Below, piece by piece: positions 47,633 to 57,013 of a DNA stretch of 64,000 bases (the stretch's first letter is position 1; each line of letters opens with the position of its first letter). The translations under genes were made by a program, and so were the position numbers. This DNA is from Alphaproteobacteria bacterium. GTDB taxonomy: Bacteria > Pseudomonadota > Alphaproteobacteria > VGEJ01. A model generated the notes under the pieces. That model searched no databases. It was not told the origin of the DNA and saw nothing but the letters and a program-made list of their open reading frames with translations. The stretch covers positions 68,425-132,424 of the forward strand of contig CBDDBU010000024.1 in NCBI GenBank assembly GCA_965226045.1. The letters run 5' to 3'.

Positions 47633-48072
47633 ACATCCTTCTGATTCAGGGCGCCAACATGGAGTATCTCGGCAGGCGCGAGCCCGAGCATTACGGGACC
47701 ACGACGGCCGAGGATCTCGACCGCATGCTGATGGACGAGGCGGGTCGACGCGAGATGAGACTCGACATCCGCTACACCAACCTCGAGGGAGAAGCGATCG
47801 GTTGGATCTATCAGGCGGATCGCGGTGACGGCGCCGGATTGGTGATGAACCCCGGTGGCTTCGTCTACGCCGCATACGCCCTGCGTGACTGCCTCAAAGG
47901 CGTGTCTTTGCCGTATGTCGAGGTGCACATGACCAACCTCGATCGACGGGGGATGCGCTCGGCCACGGCGGGCGAGGCCGACGGCATGATCATGGGCCTC
48001 GGTATCCGCTCCTATGTTCTGGCGCTTGACGCGATCAAAGCGATCATCGCTGGCGACTCCGCCACGAGCTGA
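47629..48072 (+). CDS. Type II 3-dehydroquinate dehydratase-like protein (divergent AroQ)
   Basis: GANMEYLGRREPEHYG, NPGG, ALRD, YVEVHMTN. Confidence 0.8.
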   Translation: MNILLIQGANMEYLGRREPEHYGTTTAEDLDRMLMDEAGRREMRLDIRYTNLEGEAIGWIYQADRGDGAGLVMNPGGFVYAAYALRDCLKGVSLPYVEVHMTNLDRRGMRSATAGEADGMIMGLGIRSYVLALDAIKAIIAGDSATS

Positions 48073-48127
48073 GCCTCATCGGTCAGACGTTGGAAAGATC
48101 CGTCCAGTCGTAGCGGTTGCGGGCGAA

Positions 48128-48485
48128 GGCTTTGTCAGAGTAAGCCAGGTTGGCCTGCGAAGGCCGCCGTGCTGAGGTAATCAGGCCGCCAAGTGTCGCC
48201 ACTCAGCCAGCGCGGCGGAGCGGTTTCTCTTGAAGGTGTCACGGCGGTTCAGGTGACGGTCTTGACTGAAGTGATTGTGGATCGAGGCGTGGACGGCGGC
48301 GAACTTTTGAAGAGTCTTGGCGTCCCGGAATCTTGCCATTGCTCGCTCTCGTCGTCGGAAGGGTTGATGCGAGTTTTCGGCTCTGTTGTTGAGCCAGCGC
48401 CCGCACTCCTGAGACGACGCATTCCCGATCAACACCATCGCGGCCCGGTATGAGGGCAGCCGGTCGGTCACAATGGCCTTCGGCG
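48128..48485 (-). mobile_element. Truncated IS6 copy (3' half plus one IR)
   Basis: GGCTTTGTCAGAGTAAGCC end; near-identical to 36928-37280; homology stops near 48485. Confidence 0.9.
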
Positions 48486-48859
48486 CTACACGCCCGAGGC
48501 CCAGGGCGCCGCCTTGGCCGTCGAGGGGACCGGGAACGATGTGGCGATGCCCTTGAGGAAGGGGATCAGTGACCCCGAACTCTTCGACACATACCCCGAG
48601 ATTGCTGATCGCGGCGTTCTCGATCTCATGCTTGGGGAGGGCGGGTTCGCTGCCCACGGCGAGGACGGCTCCCCCTGGCTCGGGGTTGGAGTGACAGCGG
48701 AGTACAAGGCCGGCGGCGGGCGCGGCGAGCCACATCGGCTAGGCGGGTACCGGAGCCAAGGTCGAAGAACGAGCCAGTTTCATCCGCTTCTGGTGGTTAG
48801 CCAATAATTTTCTCAGATCACGTGGTGAATACCGATGAAAGGCTAGCGGGTATGGCCCG

Positions 48860-48943
48860 CGACCGGCCCCCGGGCCTTTGTCCCCGGCGCTCCGAGCACG
48901 GGATCCCTCAGGGCCCGACCTGCCCCAGGGGGGTGTGCCGAAC
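48860..48943. repeat. Copy 1 of an ~84-bp degenerate direct repeat
   Basis: CGACCGG..CCTTTGTCCCC..GCGCT..CGGGATCCCTCAGGGCCC..GGGGTGTGCCGAAC. Confidence 0.75.
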
Positions 48944-49166
48944 GCCGCACGCGGGTCCATCCCGATAATCCGGTGGGCGACGAAGTGGATCGGCTCGGAT
49001 CGTCGTGATCACACAGCCTGCTTCGCCCAGATGGACTCAAGGTGGGAGTAGGGCACGATGATGGTCTGAGCAGCGCTGCCTGCGCGCCTACTCTTCAGCA
49101 TCTTTGATCCTGACCGGGGCGGCGATGAACTCAGGCCCCGCACTCTGTTCGGCGATGGTGTTGCCC

Positions 49167-50036
49167 CTATCCTTCCTCCGTGGCGACATGGTCGGCGATG
49201 GCGACGATGCGGTACATCGAGCGCAGCACAGGTTTCTCGATCAACTTGCCGTCGACGACAACGAGGCCGCTGTCGCCCGCCTCGAATGCCGCGATGACCC
49301 GCCGGGCGCGGGCGATCGTCTCCGCGTCAGGCGTGAAACAGTCATTGATAACCGGGATCTGCTTGGGGTGGATGGCGGCCTTTCCAGTCATGCCTAGCGC
49401 CGCGCTGGCTGCCGCTTCGACCGCTAAGCCTTCCATGTCGTCGAGATCAAGGAAGGGAACGTCGATCAGATCGAGAGCCGAGCCGGCGGCTGCATGGACC
49501 ATCCGCGAACGGGCATAGACGAGAGTACTCCAGGTCGGTTCGACCCGAAGCTCGGCGGCCATGTCGACGGCGCCGAAGAGCAGCGAATCGATACGCGCAC
49601 TTGCCCGGGCGATCTCATGGCACGCCTCAAGCCCTTCGTTGGTCTCGATGATGACGTGGAAGCGGATCGCCGCGTGGGCTCCGTCGAGCAGCTCCTCGAT
49701 CAGGCGCACCTCGTCGGGCGACTTCACTTTGGGCAACATCAACGCGAGCGGTGCCTTAGGCGCGGTGAGGATGGCGAGCACGTCGGCGAGGCCATCCGCC
49801 GTGCGCAGGCTGTTGATCCGCACCATGCGCTCAATGCCATCCCCGCCCGGAGAACCAGCGACCGTCGGCAGAGTCTTGTCTCGCGCCTCGTTCTTGTGCT
49901 CAGGGGCGATGGCGTCCTCGAGATCGACGCACACAATGTCGGCGCCGGACTTCAGCGCTTTGGCGAACATGTCGGGCCGCGTGCCTGGTGTGAAGATCAG
50001 GCTGCGGCGCGACTGGTACGTCGCTTTGTCTATCAT
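49167..50036 (-). CDS. HpcH/CitE family (citrate lyase beta / CoA ester lyase-like)
   Basis: RRSLIFTPG, VDLEDAI, RINS, MLPKV, IIET, FGAVD, GKAAIHP.QI, GKLIE. Confidence 0.9.
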   Translation of the reverse strand: MIDKATYQSRRSLIFTPGTRPDMFAKALKSGADIVCVDLEDAIAPEHKNEARDKTLPTVAGSPGGDGIERMVRINSLRTADGLADVLAILTAPKAPLALMLPKVKSPDEVRLIEELLDGAHAAIRFHVIIETNEGLEACHEIARASARIDSLLFGAVDMAAELRVEPTWSTLVYARSRMVHAAAGSALDLIDVPFLDLDDMEGLAVEAAASAALGMTGKAAIHPKQIPVINDCFTPDAETIARARRVIAAFEAGDSGLVVVDGKLIEKPVLRSMYRIVAIADHVATEEG

Positions 50037-50230
50037 CCTGCCATGGTCTTCAAGTTGGCCGTTGAGAGCCAAGCGCACAATGGCGCAGCTTGGGTGGGTC
50101 GTACCACCTCGACGAGGTCACCGAGCGAATGTCGTTTGAGGGACGGGATCAAACCAATCCAACACGCCGCCTGATCAGCTCGGCGCCAACTTTCGGCCAT
50201 AGCTCGCGGCGTCCTGCGAAGGGACCCTGG

Positions 50231-50313
50231 CGACCGGAAAAGTACCCTTTTGTTCCCAGCGCTGGGTGCGCGGGATCTCTCAGGGCCCAAGGGTCCCCCG
50301 GGGGTGTGCCGAA
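50231..50313. repeat. Copy 2 of the ~84-bp degenerate direct repeat
   Basis: CGACCGG..CCTTTTGTTCCC..GCGCT..CGGGATCTCTCAGGGCCC..GGGGTGTGCCGAAC. Confidence 0.75.
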
Positions 50314-50477
50314 CCGGCACTAGAGGCCATGCGGGAGGCCTCTTCGTGGGTGCCTCGCGCCTCCGGTCATGATGGGCAACCAGGCCATGTGTTGCCGAGC
50401 TTAGCACGCCTCAGCTAGGCAGCTAACGACACCAGGCGGACCTCCAAGCGACCTTAGAAGCGCGCTGCAGACGATAG

Positions 50478-50700
50478 TCAGACCATGACCTCCAGTGCCG
50501 CCACCCTCTCCTTGATCTCGACGATCTCTAACACGCGCCGATAGTCGTCCAACAGATCGCTAGCGGCCCTCGCCTCGTTGGGCGCGACCTCGCCCTTCGC
50601 GACGGTTTGAAGGAGCGCTCTCTGAAACGTCGAGGAGAACCGCTCGCGGACCTTCGCGCACCACGCCGGTATGAGATCGGCGCTGGTACCCGAATGTCTG
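50478..50700 (-). pseudogene. Startless remnant resembling the C-terminus of phage/mobile-element DUF5681-type proteins
   Basis: Frame not in the ORF track: ALLQTVAKGEVAPNEARAASDLLDDYRRVLEIVEIKERVAALEVMV*. Confidence 0.4.
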
Positions 50701-50908
50701 CCTACAACCTACGCCGTCATGACAGCTCCTCCAGCAGCGCCTTCGCTTCGGATCAGGTTGCGTGTCTTGAAAGCCTGAGAGCTGATCGCCCTACGACTGG
50801 TCCACCAGGGACTTCGAGCCAAAGCGGCTAGCTCCCTGACGTCTCCCCCCCCCCCCCCCGCACGCGCGTTTTTGGGCAACGCCGCGCCCCGGAACGCCGC
50901 GCGGGTCC

Positions 50909-51140
50909 TCAGCCTGCCTTCGCGTTCAACTCTGAATGGACGGCCTCCAGCGTCTCGAAGATTTCCTCGATGACATTCTCCTTGCCGTCAAAGAGCGCAT
51001 CCGGACCTCCGGCATGCAGGCTGTTGAACGGTGGCTCGTAGAGCGCGGACGCGTCCATGACGCCTCGGGCGGTGAGCTGGTCGATGACCAATTCGACGAA
51101 GCGGATACCAGCAAGCGTAAATGAACTGGTTTGAGAGAAC
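50909..51140 (-). pseudogene. hsdR: Type I restriction enzyme R subunit (EcoEI-like) C-terminal fragment
   Basis: IRFVELVIDQLTARGVMDASALYEPPFNSLHAGGPDALF. Confidence 0.7.
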
Positions 51141-51289
51141 GTCAGAGCAGCCGTCACCATATGTTCCGCGATTTCGAGCTCTCCCGAGACGAGAAAGACG
51201 AAATTCGTGACCGTGGTGTTGGTAGCCACCAGTGATCGTGAGCGCATTCCCGGCAAGCGTGAATGGGCCCATTCCCACAAACGTTTGGG

Positions 51290-51489
51290 GCGAACGTCAG
51301 AGCGTTGGCATCTATCTCGAGGATTTCCGAGATCATGTTGAAGCCATCATCATCGACCGGCATCGCATCCGTGTTCAGATCGTAGGTACCCTGTAGATTC
51401 CCGACCGTGAGCGCGTTCGGTTTCTTATCACCGACGCCAGCACACCCGATCACCACGAGCGAAAACACCGCGACGCTGCACAACCGCAA
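51290..51489 (-). pseudogene. Possible lipoprotein N-terminal fragment
   Basis: RLCSVAVFSLVVIGC lipobox-like; merges into the hsdR relic. Confidence 0.35.
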
Positions 51490-51505
51490 GACCGACGCTT
51501 TTATT

Positions 51506-52264
51506 TTAGTGCTGCCATACCGTGAGGCCGCCATCGACGAGGATGGTCTGGCCGGTCATGTAGCGCGCCTTGTCAGAGGCCAGGAAAACCACGACATCGG
51601 CGATGTCGTCGGGCTCGCCCACGCGCCCGAGCGGGATACGGTCCGCCGCCGCCGCGACCCCCTCGGGCCCGAGCGAGTGCTCCGCCGAAAGCGACTGGGC
51701 GGTGCGGATCAGGCCCGGCGCGATGCCCATGACACGGATGCCATCCTTGGCGAGTTCGATCGCGAGTCCACGCACCAGCCCCAAGACGCCGGCCTTGGCG
51801 GCGTTGTACTGCACGTGCTCATCCCAGCCGTAACATAGGCCCGAAATTGACGAGATGCACACGATGGTGCCGCTGCCGCGATCGCGCATCGCCGGCGCCA
51901 GCGGCCTGACCATGCGCATTATCCCCTTGAGATCGACCTCGAAGGTGTGATCCCACTTCTCGTCGGTCATCTCGGCCAGCGGTACGCGGTGGGCGATGCC
52001 AGCGTTGGCGACGACGCAGTCGGGCGGTCCATGCGCCGCTAGCACCGCCGCCGCCACCCGGTCCGCGTTCTCGGTGCTTGTGACGTCGAGGTGGTGGAAT
52101 TCGGCCGAGCCGCCGTCCTGGGCGATCTCGTCGGCCGCCGCTGTCCCCTCCGCCGCCAGGATATCGGTGACAATGACGTGGTAGCCCGCGCCGGCGAACG
52201 CCGTGGCGGTAGCGCGGCCGATGCCGATACCGGCGCCGGTGATGAGAACCGTTGGTTTTGTCAT
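51506..52264 (-). CDS. Short-chain dehydrogenase/reductase
   Basis: TGAGIGIG, ANAG, SS, YNAAK, PGLIRT, GQTILVDGG. Confidence 0.92.
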   Translation of the reverse strand: MTKPTVLITGAGIGIGRATATAFAGAGYHVIVTDILAAEGTAAADEIAQDGGSAEFHHLDVTSTENADRVAAAVLAAHGPPDCVVANAGIAHRVPLAEMTDEKWDHTFEVDLKGIMRMVRPLAPAMRDRGSGTIVCISSISGLCYGWDEHVQYNAAKAGVLGLVRGLAIELAKDGIRVMGIAPGLIRTAQSLSAEHSLGPEGVAAAADRIPLGRVGEPDDIADVVVFLASDKARYMTGQTILVDGGLTVWQH

Positions 52265-52349
52265 CTCTTCACTCCGCTTGATCCGCTGATGGCCCCGACG
52301 TCGACAGCCCCGGGGCCAGTATACAAATTTGGCGACCGCGACGCCGTCG

Positions 52350-53096
52350 CTAGGCCCCGCCCCGATCGAGCCGGTGGTGACGCAATGCGGGATCGAGGAA
52401 GCGACCCAATTCGGACAACGACGCGGCGTCCTCGCGCAGCGGAAAATCGAAAAAGGCGCGCAACACGGACACCGTTGCCTCCATTTCATCGAGGAGAGAG
52501 CCATAATCGATGCGCAGTCGCCGCCCCCCCCCGGGGGTGTCACGATCGATGTGCATTTCGTATTTGTCGTAGAGGCGCGCCACTCGCTCAACCGAGAATG
52601 CACCGGAGAGGTATGGCGTCTCGCGGATCGATGCGGTCGCGTCCTCTCAAACTCGGCGCGTTGCCACCAACCACGGTCTGATCGCGAGTCGATCGAACAC
52701 CGGCGGATAGATAGGGAGCAGCAGTGTGAGACGCGGATCTTTGATCCCGAACACCGGCAGCGTGCCAAAGTCACGCTAACTTATCTTCGCTATGCCCTCG
52801 GAGATCGCCCGCACATCCCTCCGCTTGGCCCATTTCCCAGGCAACGGCGATTCGTCCGACCAGTCAGAATCGAGGGCGCGGAGAATCCGCTTGTTGGCAT
52901 CGGAAAGGTCGGCATGCTCGTAGTTCCCTTTCGCGTTCCAGCTATCCAGGAGCTTGAGCCGACCGGCGAACGGGACGCCCAGGATGTTGAGAGCACCAGA
53001 AAGGGCCGAGGTTTCGGAGCGGGCGATTCCGACCACGACGACCGCATTTCGCGGGGCCGGGCGCCGAGTCCCGACGCCAACGCAACCGGCACTCAT
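52350..53096 (-). pseudogene. Sulfotransferase-family protein with two in-frame stops
   Basis: One frame: VVVGIARSETSAL..N.KGNYE..W / TAG 52776-78 / KDPRLTLLLP / TGA 52647-49 / FLDPALRHH. Confidence 0.75.
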
Positions 53097-53179
53097 GTGA
53101 TGTCCGTCAACTCGCCGGTGGCACGAAGCATATACCGTTGTTACCCGAAGGCGTCAGAAAGCAACAAGACCAAAACTGG

Positions 53180-54367
53180 ATGGCACACGGGGACGTCTCG
53201 CCGAGGATCGGTGTCGTGGGTACCGGTTACATTGGCCAACATTTCGCGGCGGCGGCGAGCCGCCAACAAGGGTTCGAACTCTCTCGAGTCCTTGCGCGCG
53301 GTCCTCTCCGGCAGGGCCGCGACTTCCCCTGGCCGTGCCAGCTGACGACATCGGTCGACGATCTTCTCGATAATTGGATCTGCTATTCGAGTGCGCGGGC
53401 GACGTGATCCATGCCACCAACGTGATCGATCGCGCACTCACTCACGGTCTCCCGGTCGTCACATTCGGTTCCGGGTTTCACGTGACGGTTGGGTCCTATT
53501 TCGTCGGCCGCGGCATGCCTCACCGAGGCGGAGGGCGACCAGCCCGGGAGCATGGCGGCCCTCGCGGAGGACATCGAAGCGATGGGCCTTCGGCCGCTTG
53601 TTTACGGCAACATGAAGGGCTTCCTCAATCGCAATCCAAGCCGCCGTGACATGAAAATCTGGGCGCGCCGTCAGGGCATCAGCTTGCGCATGGTCACCGC
53701 CTTCACGGACGGCACCAAGCTGCAGCTCGAACAGGCGTTGGTGGTGAATGGGCTAGGGGCGACGATCGCCGAGCTCGGACTCATCGGTCCGGAGAGCGAT
53801 GATCTTGGGGTGGCGGGCTGCGAACTTGCGATACGGGCGAAGGCCATCGGGCACCCGATTAGCGACTATGTGCTCTCTTCCGAGAGCAGTCACGGCGTGT
53901 TCATCGTTGCCGAGCACGAGGACAACGAGCGCGACGCGTTGCGCTACCTCAAACTCGGCAGCGGCCCGTTCTACGTGCTGACCAAGCCGAACGTGCTCAG
54001 CTACCTTGAGGCCCTAAAGACGGTCAGGCGGGCGGCTCTGGGCGGACCGGTGCTTCTCGACAACTCGGAGTGTCCGATCATTAGCGTCGCCGCGGTCGCC
54101 AAGCACAACCTCGCCGCCGGCACCCATATCCCTTATGGCATCGGCAGCTTCGAGGTCTACGGGACCAGTGTATTCTTTCGTGGCAACGCGGGACACTTGC
54201 CGATCGGCCTCGTCCAAGACGCGACCCTGCGGCGCGACGTCGCGGCGGGCTAAACGCTGGCGATCGATGACGTTGAGCTGCCGGAGAGTCTCGCGCTCAC
54301 GGCGTGGCGCGCGGTCGAGGCCAAAGCGCTCGCCACGGACTCCCAACGCGCCGTCCTCACCGGCTGA
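53180..54367 (+). pseudogene. NAD(P)-dependent oxidoreductase with a C-terminal SAF domain (homoserine dehydrogenase-like)
   Basis: IGVVGTGYIG / DLLFECAGD / AEGDQPG..FTDGTK..AVAKHNL..HLPIGL; frameshifts near 53390 and 53510, in-frame TAA at 54251-53. Confidence 0.8.
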
Positions 54368-54941
54368 GCGGCGATCTCGGTGGTTGCAGGGCGTAGCGCG
54401 GCAGGCGCTCGTCGTCGATCGCGGTCAGACGGAGGCCGGCTGCGTCCCGCAGTGACAGCACCACGTCTTCGCGGGGCCACCGGATATCGATGTCCGGGTC
54501 GTTCCAGGCAATCGTGATTTCCGCTTCGGGCGCATAAAAGGCGGTGCATTTGTATGCGAACAGAGCCTGATCGCTGAGCACGCAAAAGCCGTGCGCAAAG
54601 CCCGCGGGGAGGTACACCTGCTTCTTGTTTTCATCCGAAATTTCAAGGCCGTGCCACAGCCCGTAGGAGGGTGAGCCGCGCCGCACATCCACCGCCACGT
54701 CGAAGACCGTGCCCGATAATGCGGTGACGAGCTTTGCCTGTGGTGAGGAATTCTGAAGATGAAGCCCCCGCAACGTTCCGCGACGCGAGAACGACACATT
54801 GTCTTGGGCAAACGGATCTAGAATGCCAGCTGCCGCGTAACGTTCGGCGTGATACGCCTCGAAGAAGTGGCCGCGCTCGTCGCCAACGACGTCGGGCTCG
54901 ACAACAAGCACACCCGGCAGCGATGTCTCCGACACCCTCAA
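54357..54941 (-). CDS. rmlC: dTDP-4-dehydrorhamnose 3,5-epimerase
   Basis: DERGHFFE, QDNVSFSRRGTLRGLH, VFDVAVDVRRGSP, FAHGF, YKCT, WNDPDIDIRWP; TTG start. Confidence 0.95.
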   Translation of the reverse strand: MRVSETSLPGVLVVEPDVVGDERGHFFEAYHAERYAAAGILDPFAQDNVSFSRRGTLRGLHLQNSSPQAKLVTALSGTVFDVAVDVRRGSPSYGLWHGLEISDENKKQVYLPAGFAHGFCVLSDQALFAYKCTAFYAPEAEITIAWNDPDIDIRWPREDVVLSLRDAAGLRLTAIDDERLPRYALQPPRSPLSR

Positions 54942-55128
54942 TAGTGCGCGCCTCCGTAAAGATTGTTGTGCGGCTCGGGGCCATTCGCCGTCGGCCGGGA
55001 GATGCGCGTGGGCGCTCGGGCCGAGGTATTTCCTCCATCGCCCACACGCCATCATAAGCCGATTGGGTGCCGCGGTGAATGCATGGGCTATCTCGCGTTC
55101 TGGACGGGAAACAGTAAGATACTGTCCA

Positions 55129-56970
55129 ATGCAGCCGCCGGAGAATGATCACGACCAAAAGCGCCAGGTCTTGCAGGAAGTCTTCGGCTTCGACGAATTC
55201 CGTCCCGGCCAGGAGCAGGCGGTGGATGCGCTGCTAGCTGGACGCAGCTTACTGGCGGTCATGCCGACCGGGTCTGGCAAGTCGCTCTGCTTTCAGGTGC
55301 CGGCGTTGGTGCGCGGCGGGGTCACCATCGTCGTCTCGCCGCTGGTGGCGCTCATGCACGATCAGGTGGCGGCATTGCGTCTCGCTGGGATCGCCGCGGA
55401 TACCATCAATTCTTCGCGCGACCGTGACGACAACGTCGCGGCCTGGCGGCGCACCACCACCGGCGAACTGCGGCTGCTCTATATGTCGCCCGAGCGGCTG
55501 ATGACCGGCCAGATGCTGGCGGCGCTCGGACGGCTCGATGTCCGCCTGATCGCGATCGACGAGGCCCACTGCATTTCGCAATGGGGGCCTGCATTCCGCC
55601 CGGAGTATCAGGACCTCTCGCGCCTGCGAGATATTTTCCCCGGCGTTCCCATCGCCGCCCTGACGGCGACGGCCGATCAGGTCACCCGCGAGGACATCGC
55701 CGCTCAGTTGTTCGCGGGCGATGCGGAGACCATCGTTCTTGGCTTCGATCGCCCGAACATCAAGCTCGTGGTGGAGATGAAGCGCGAGTGGAAATCGCAG
55801 CTGCTCTCGTTCGTCGAACGGCACGGCGGCGAAAGCGGAATCATTTATTGCCTATCACGCAAGAAGACCGAAGAGACCGCCGCCTTGCTCAGTCAGAAAG
55901 GCGTTCTCGCCCTGCCCTATCACGCCGGCATGGACAAGGCGGTGCGCGACGCCCACCAGAACGCCTTCATGACCGAGCCCGGCGTTGTCATCGTGGCGAC
56001 CATCGCCTTTGGCATGGGAATCGATAAATCCGATGTCCGGTTCGTCTTCCACGCCGACCTGCCCGGCAGTATCGAAGCGTATTACCAGGAAATTGGCCGC
56101 GCCGGCCGCGACGACCAGCCGGCCGAGGCGCACATGCTATTCGGGCTCGGCGACATCCGCATGCGGCGAATGTTCATCGCCCAGGAAGAGGCCGGCGAGG
56201 AGCGCAAGCGTCGCGAGTATCAACGCCTCGACGCGCTGCTTGGCTATTGCGAGGCGGCGACCTGCCGCCGCCGCGACTTGCTCGCCTATTTCGGGGAACG
56301 GATCGAGCCGTGCGGGAACTGCGATGCCTGTCTTGACCCGGTCGAGATCGTGGACGGCACGACGGAGGGGCAATGGGCGCTCGCGGCGGTCGAACGGACC
56401 GGGCAACGCTTCGGCGCGGCTCACATCATCGATGTCTTGCGAGGGTCGCTGACGGAGAAGGTGGTCAAGGCCGGCCACGACCGCTTGGCCCCCTTCGGGG
56501 TCGGCGCTGGACACAAGAAGGAGGCGTGGCGGTCCCTGATGCGACAGCTTGTGGCCGGCGAATTCCTCCGCCTCGACGCCGAGGGCTTTGGCGGGCTGAC
56601 GATCACCGACAAGGGCCGGATGCTCATGCGGGGCGAGGCCAGCTTCCAATGTCGCCAGGAGACCATGCACCCCACCCCACCCGCGCGGCGCGCAGCCCAA
56701 AGCGCCGCGGCCGCCGTGGAGCTGTCGGATGCCCAGGCAACGCTGTTTGGCCGGCTCAAGGAACTGCGCCTGCGCCTCGCCAAGGCGCGGGGCGTGCCGG
56801 CTTATGTTGTCTTTTCGGACCGATCGCTCGCCGACATGGCCCGGCGCCAGCCACGGAATACCGATGAATTCGGTGCGGTCAACGGGGTCGGCGCGGCCAA
56901 GCTGAAGAATTTCGCGGCGCCCTTCCTGGCGGCTATCGCTGCGAACGGAGGGCTCGCAGCCGACGAGTAG
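55129..56970 (+). CDS. recQ: ATP-dependent DNA helicase RecQ
   Basis: MPTGSGKSLC, DEAHCISQWG..FRP, ATIAFGMGID, YQEIGRAGRD, Zn Cys cluster, RQC and HRDC domains. Confidence 0.97.
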   Translation: MQPPENDHDQKRQVLQEVFGFDEFRPGQEQAVDALLAGRSLLAVMPTGSGKSLCFQVPALVRGGVTIVVSPLVALMHDQVAALRLAGIAADTINSSRDRDDNVAAWRRTTTGELRLLYMSPERLMTGQMLAALGRLDVRLIAIDEAHCISQWGPAFRPEYQDLSRLRDIFPGVPIAALTATADQVTREDIAAQLFAGDAETIVLGFDRPNIKLVVEMKREWKSQLLSFVERHGGESGIIYCLSRKKTEETAALLSQKGVLALPYHAGMDKAVRDAHQNAFMTEPGVVIVATIAFGMGIDKSDVRFVFHADLPGSIEAYYQEIGRAGRDDQPAEAHMLFGLGDIRMRRMFIAQEEAGEERKRREYQRLDALLGYCEAATCRRRDLLAYFGERIEPCGNCDACLDPVEIVDGTTEGQWALAAVERTGQRFGAAHIIDVLRGSLTEKVVKAGHDRLAPFGVGAGHKKEAWRSLMRQLVAGEFLRLDAEGFGGLTITDKGRMLMRGEASFQCRQETMHPTPPARRAAQSAAAAVELSDAQATLFGRLKELRLRLAKARGVPAYVVFSDRSLADMARRQPRNTDEFGAVNGVGAAKLKNFAAPFLAAIAANGGLAADE

Positions 56971-57013
56971 CCCACCGGTTCCCACTACGCCGATCGGGCC
57001 GTCACGCCGCCGC

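Noticed and set aside
48514-48807. Short ORFs on both strands next to the truncated IS6
   Set aside because: No recognisable motif, and the coding strand could not be decided
52520-52545. C9-G5 run as a phage packaging-like motif or phase-variation tract
   Set aside because: It lies in frame within the sulfotransferase pseudogene (DTPGGGRR), and the gene is broken by other stops
52329-53345. 338-aa plus-strand ORF
   Set aside because: Antisense shadow of the sulfotransferase pseudogene
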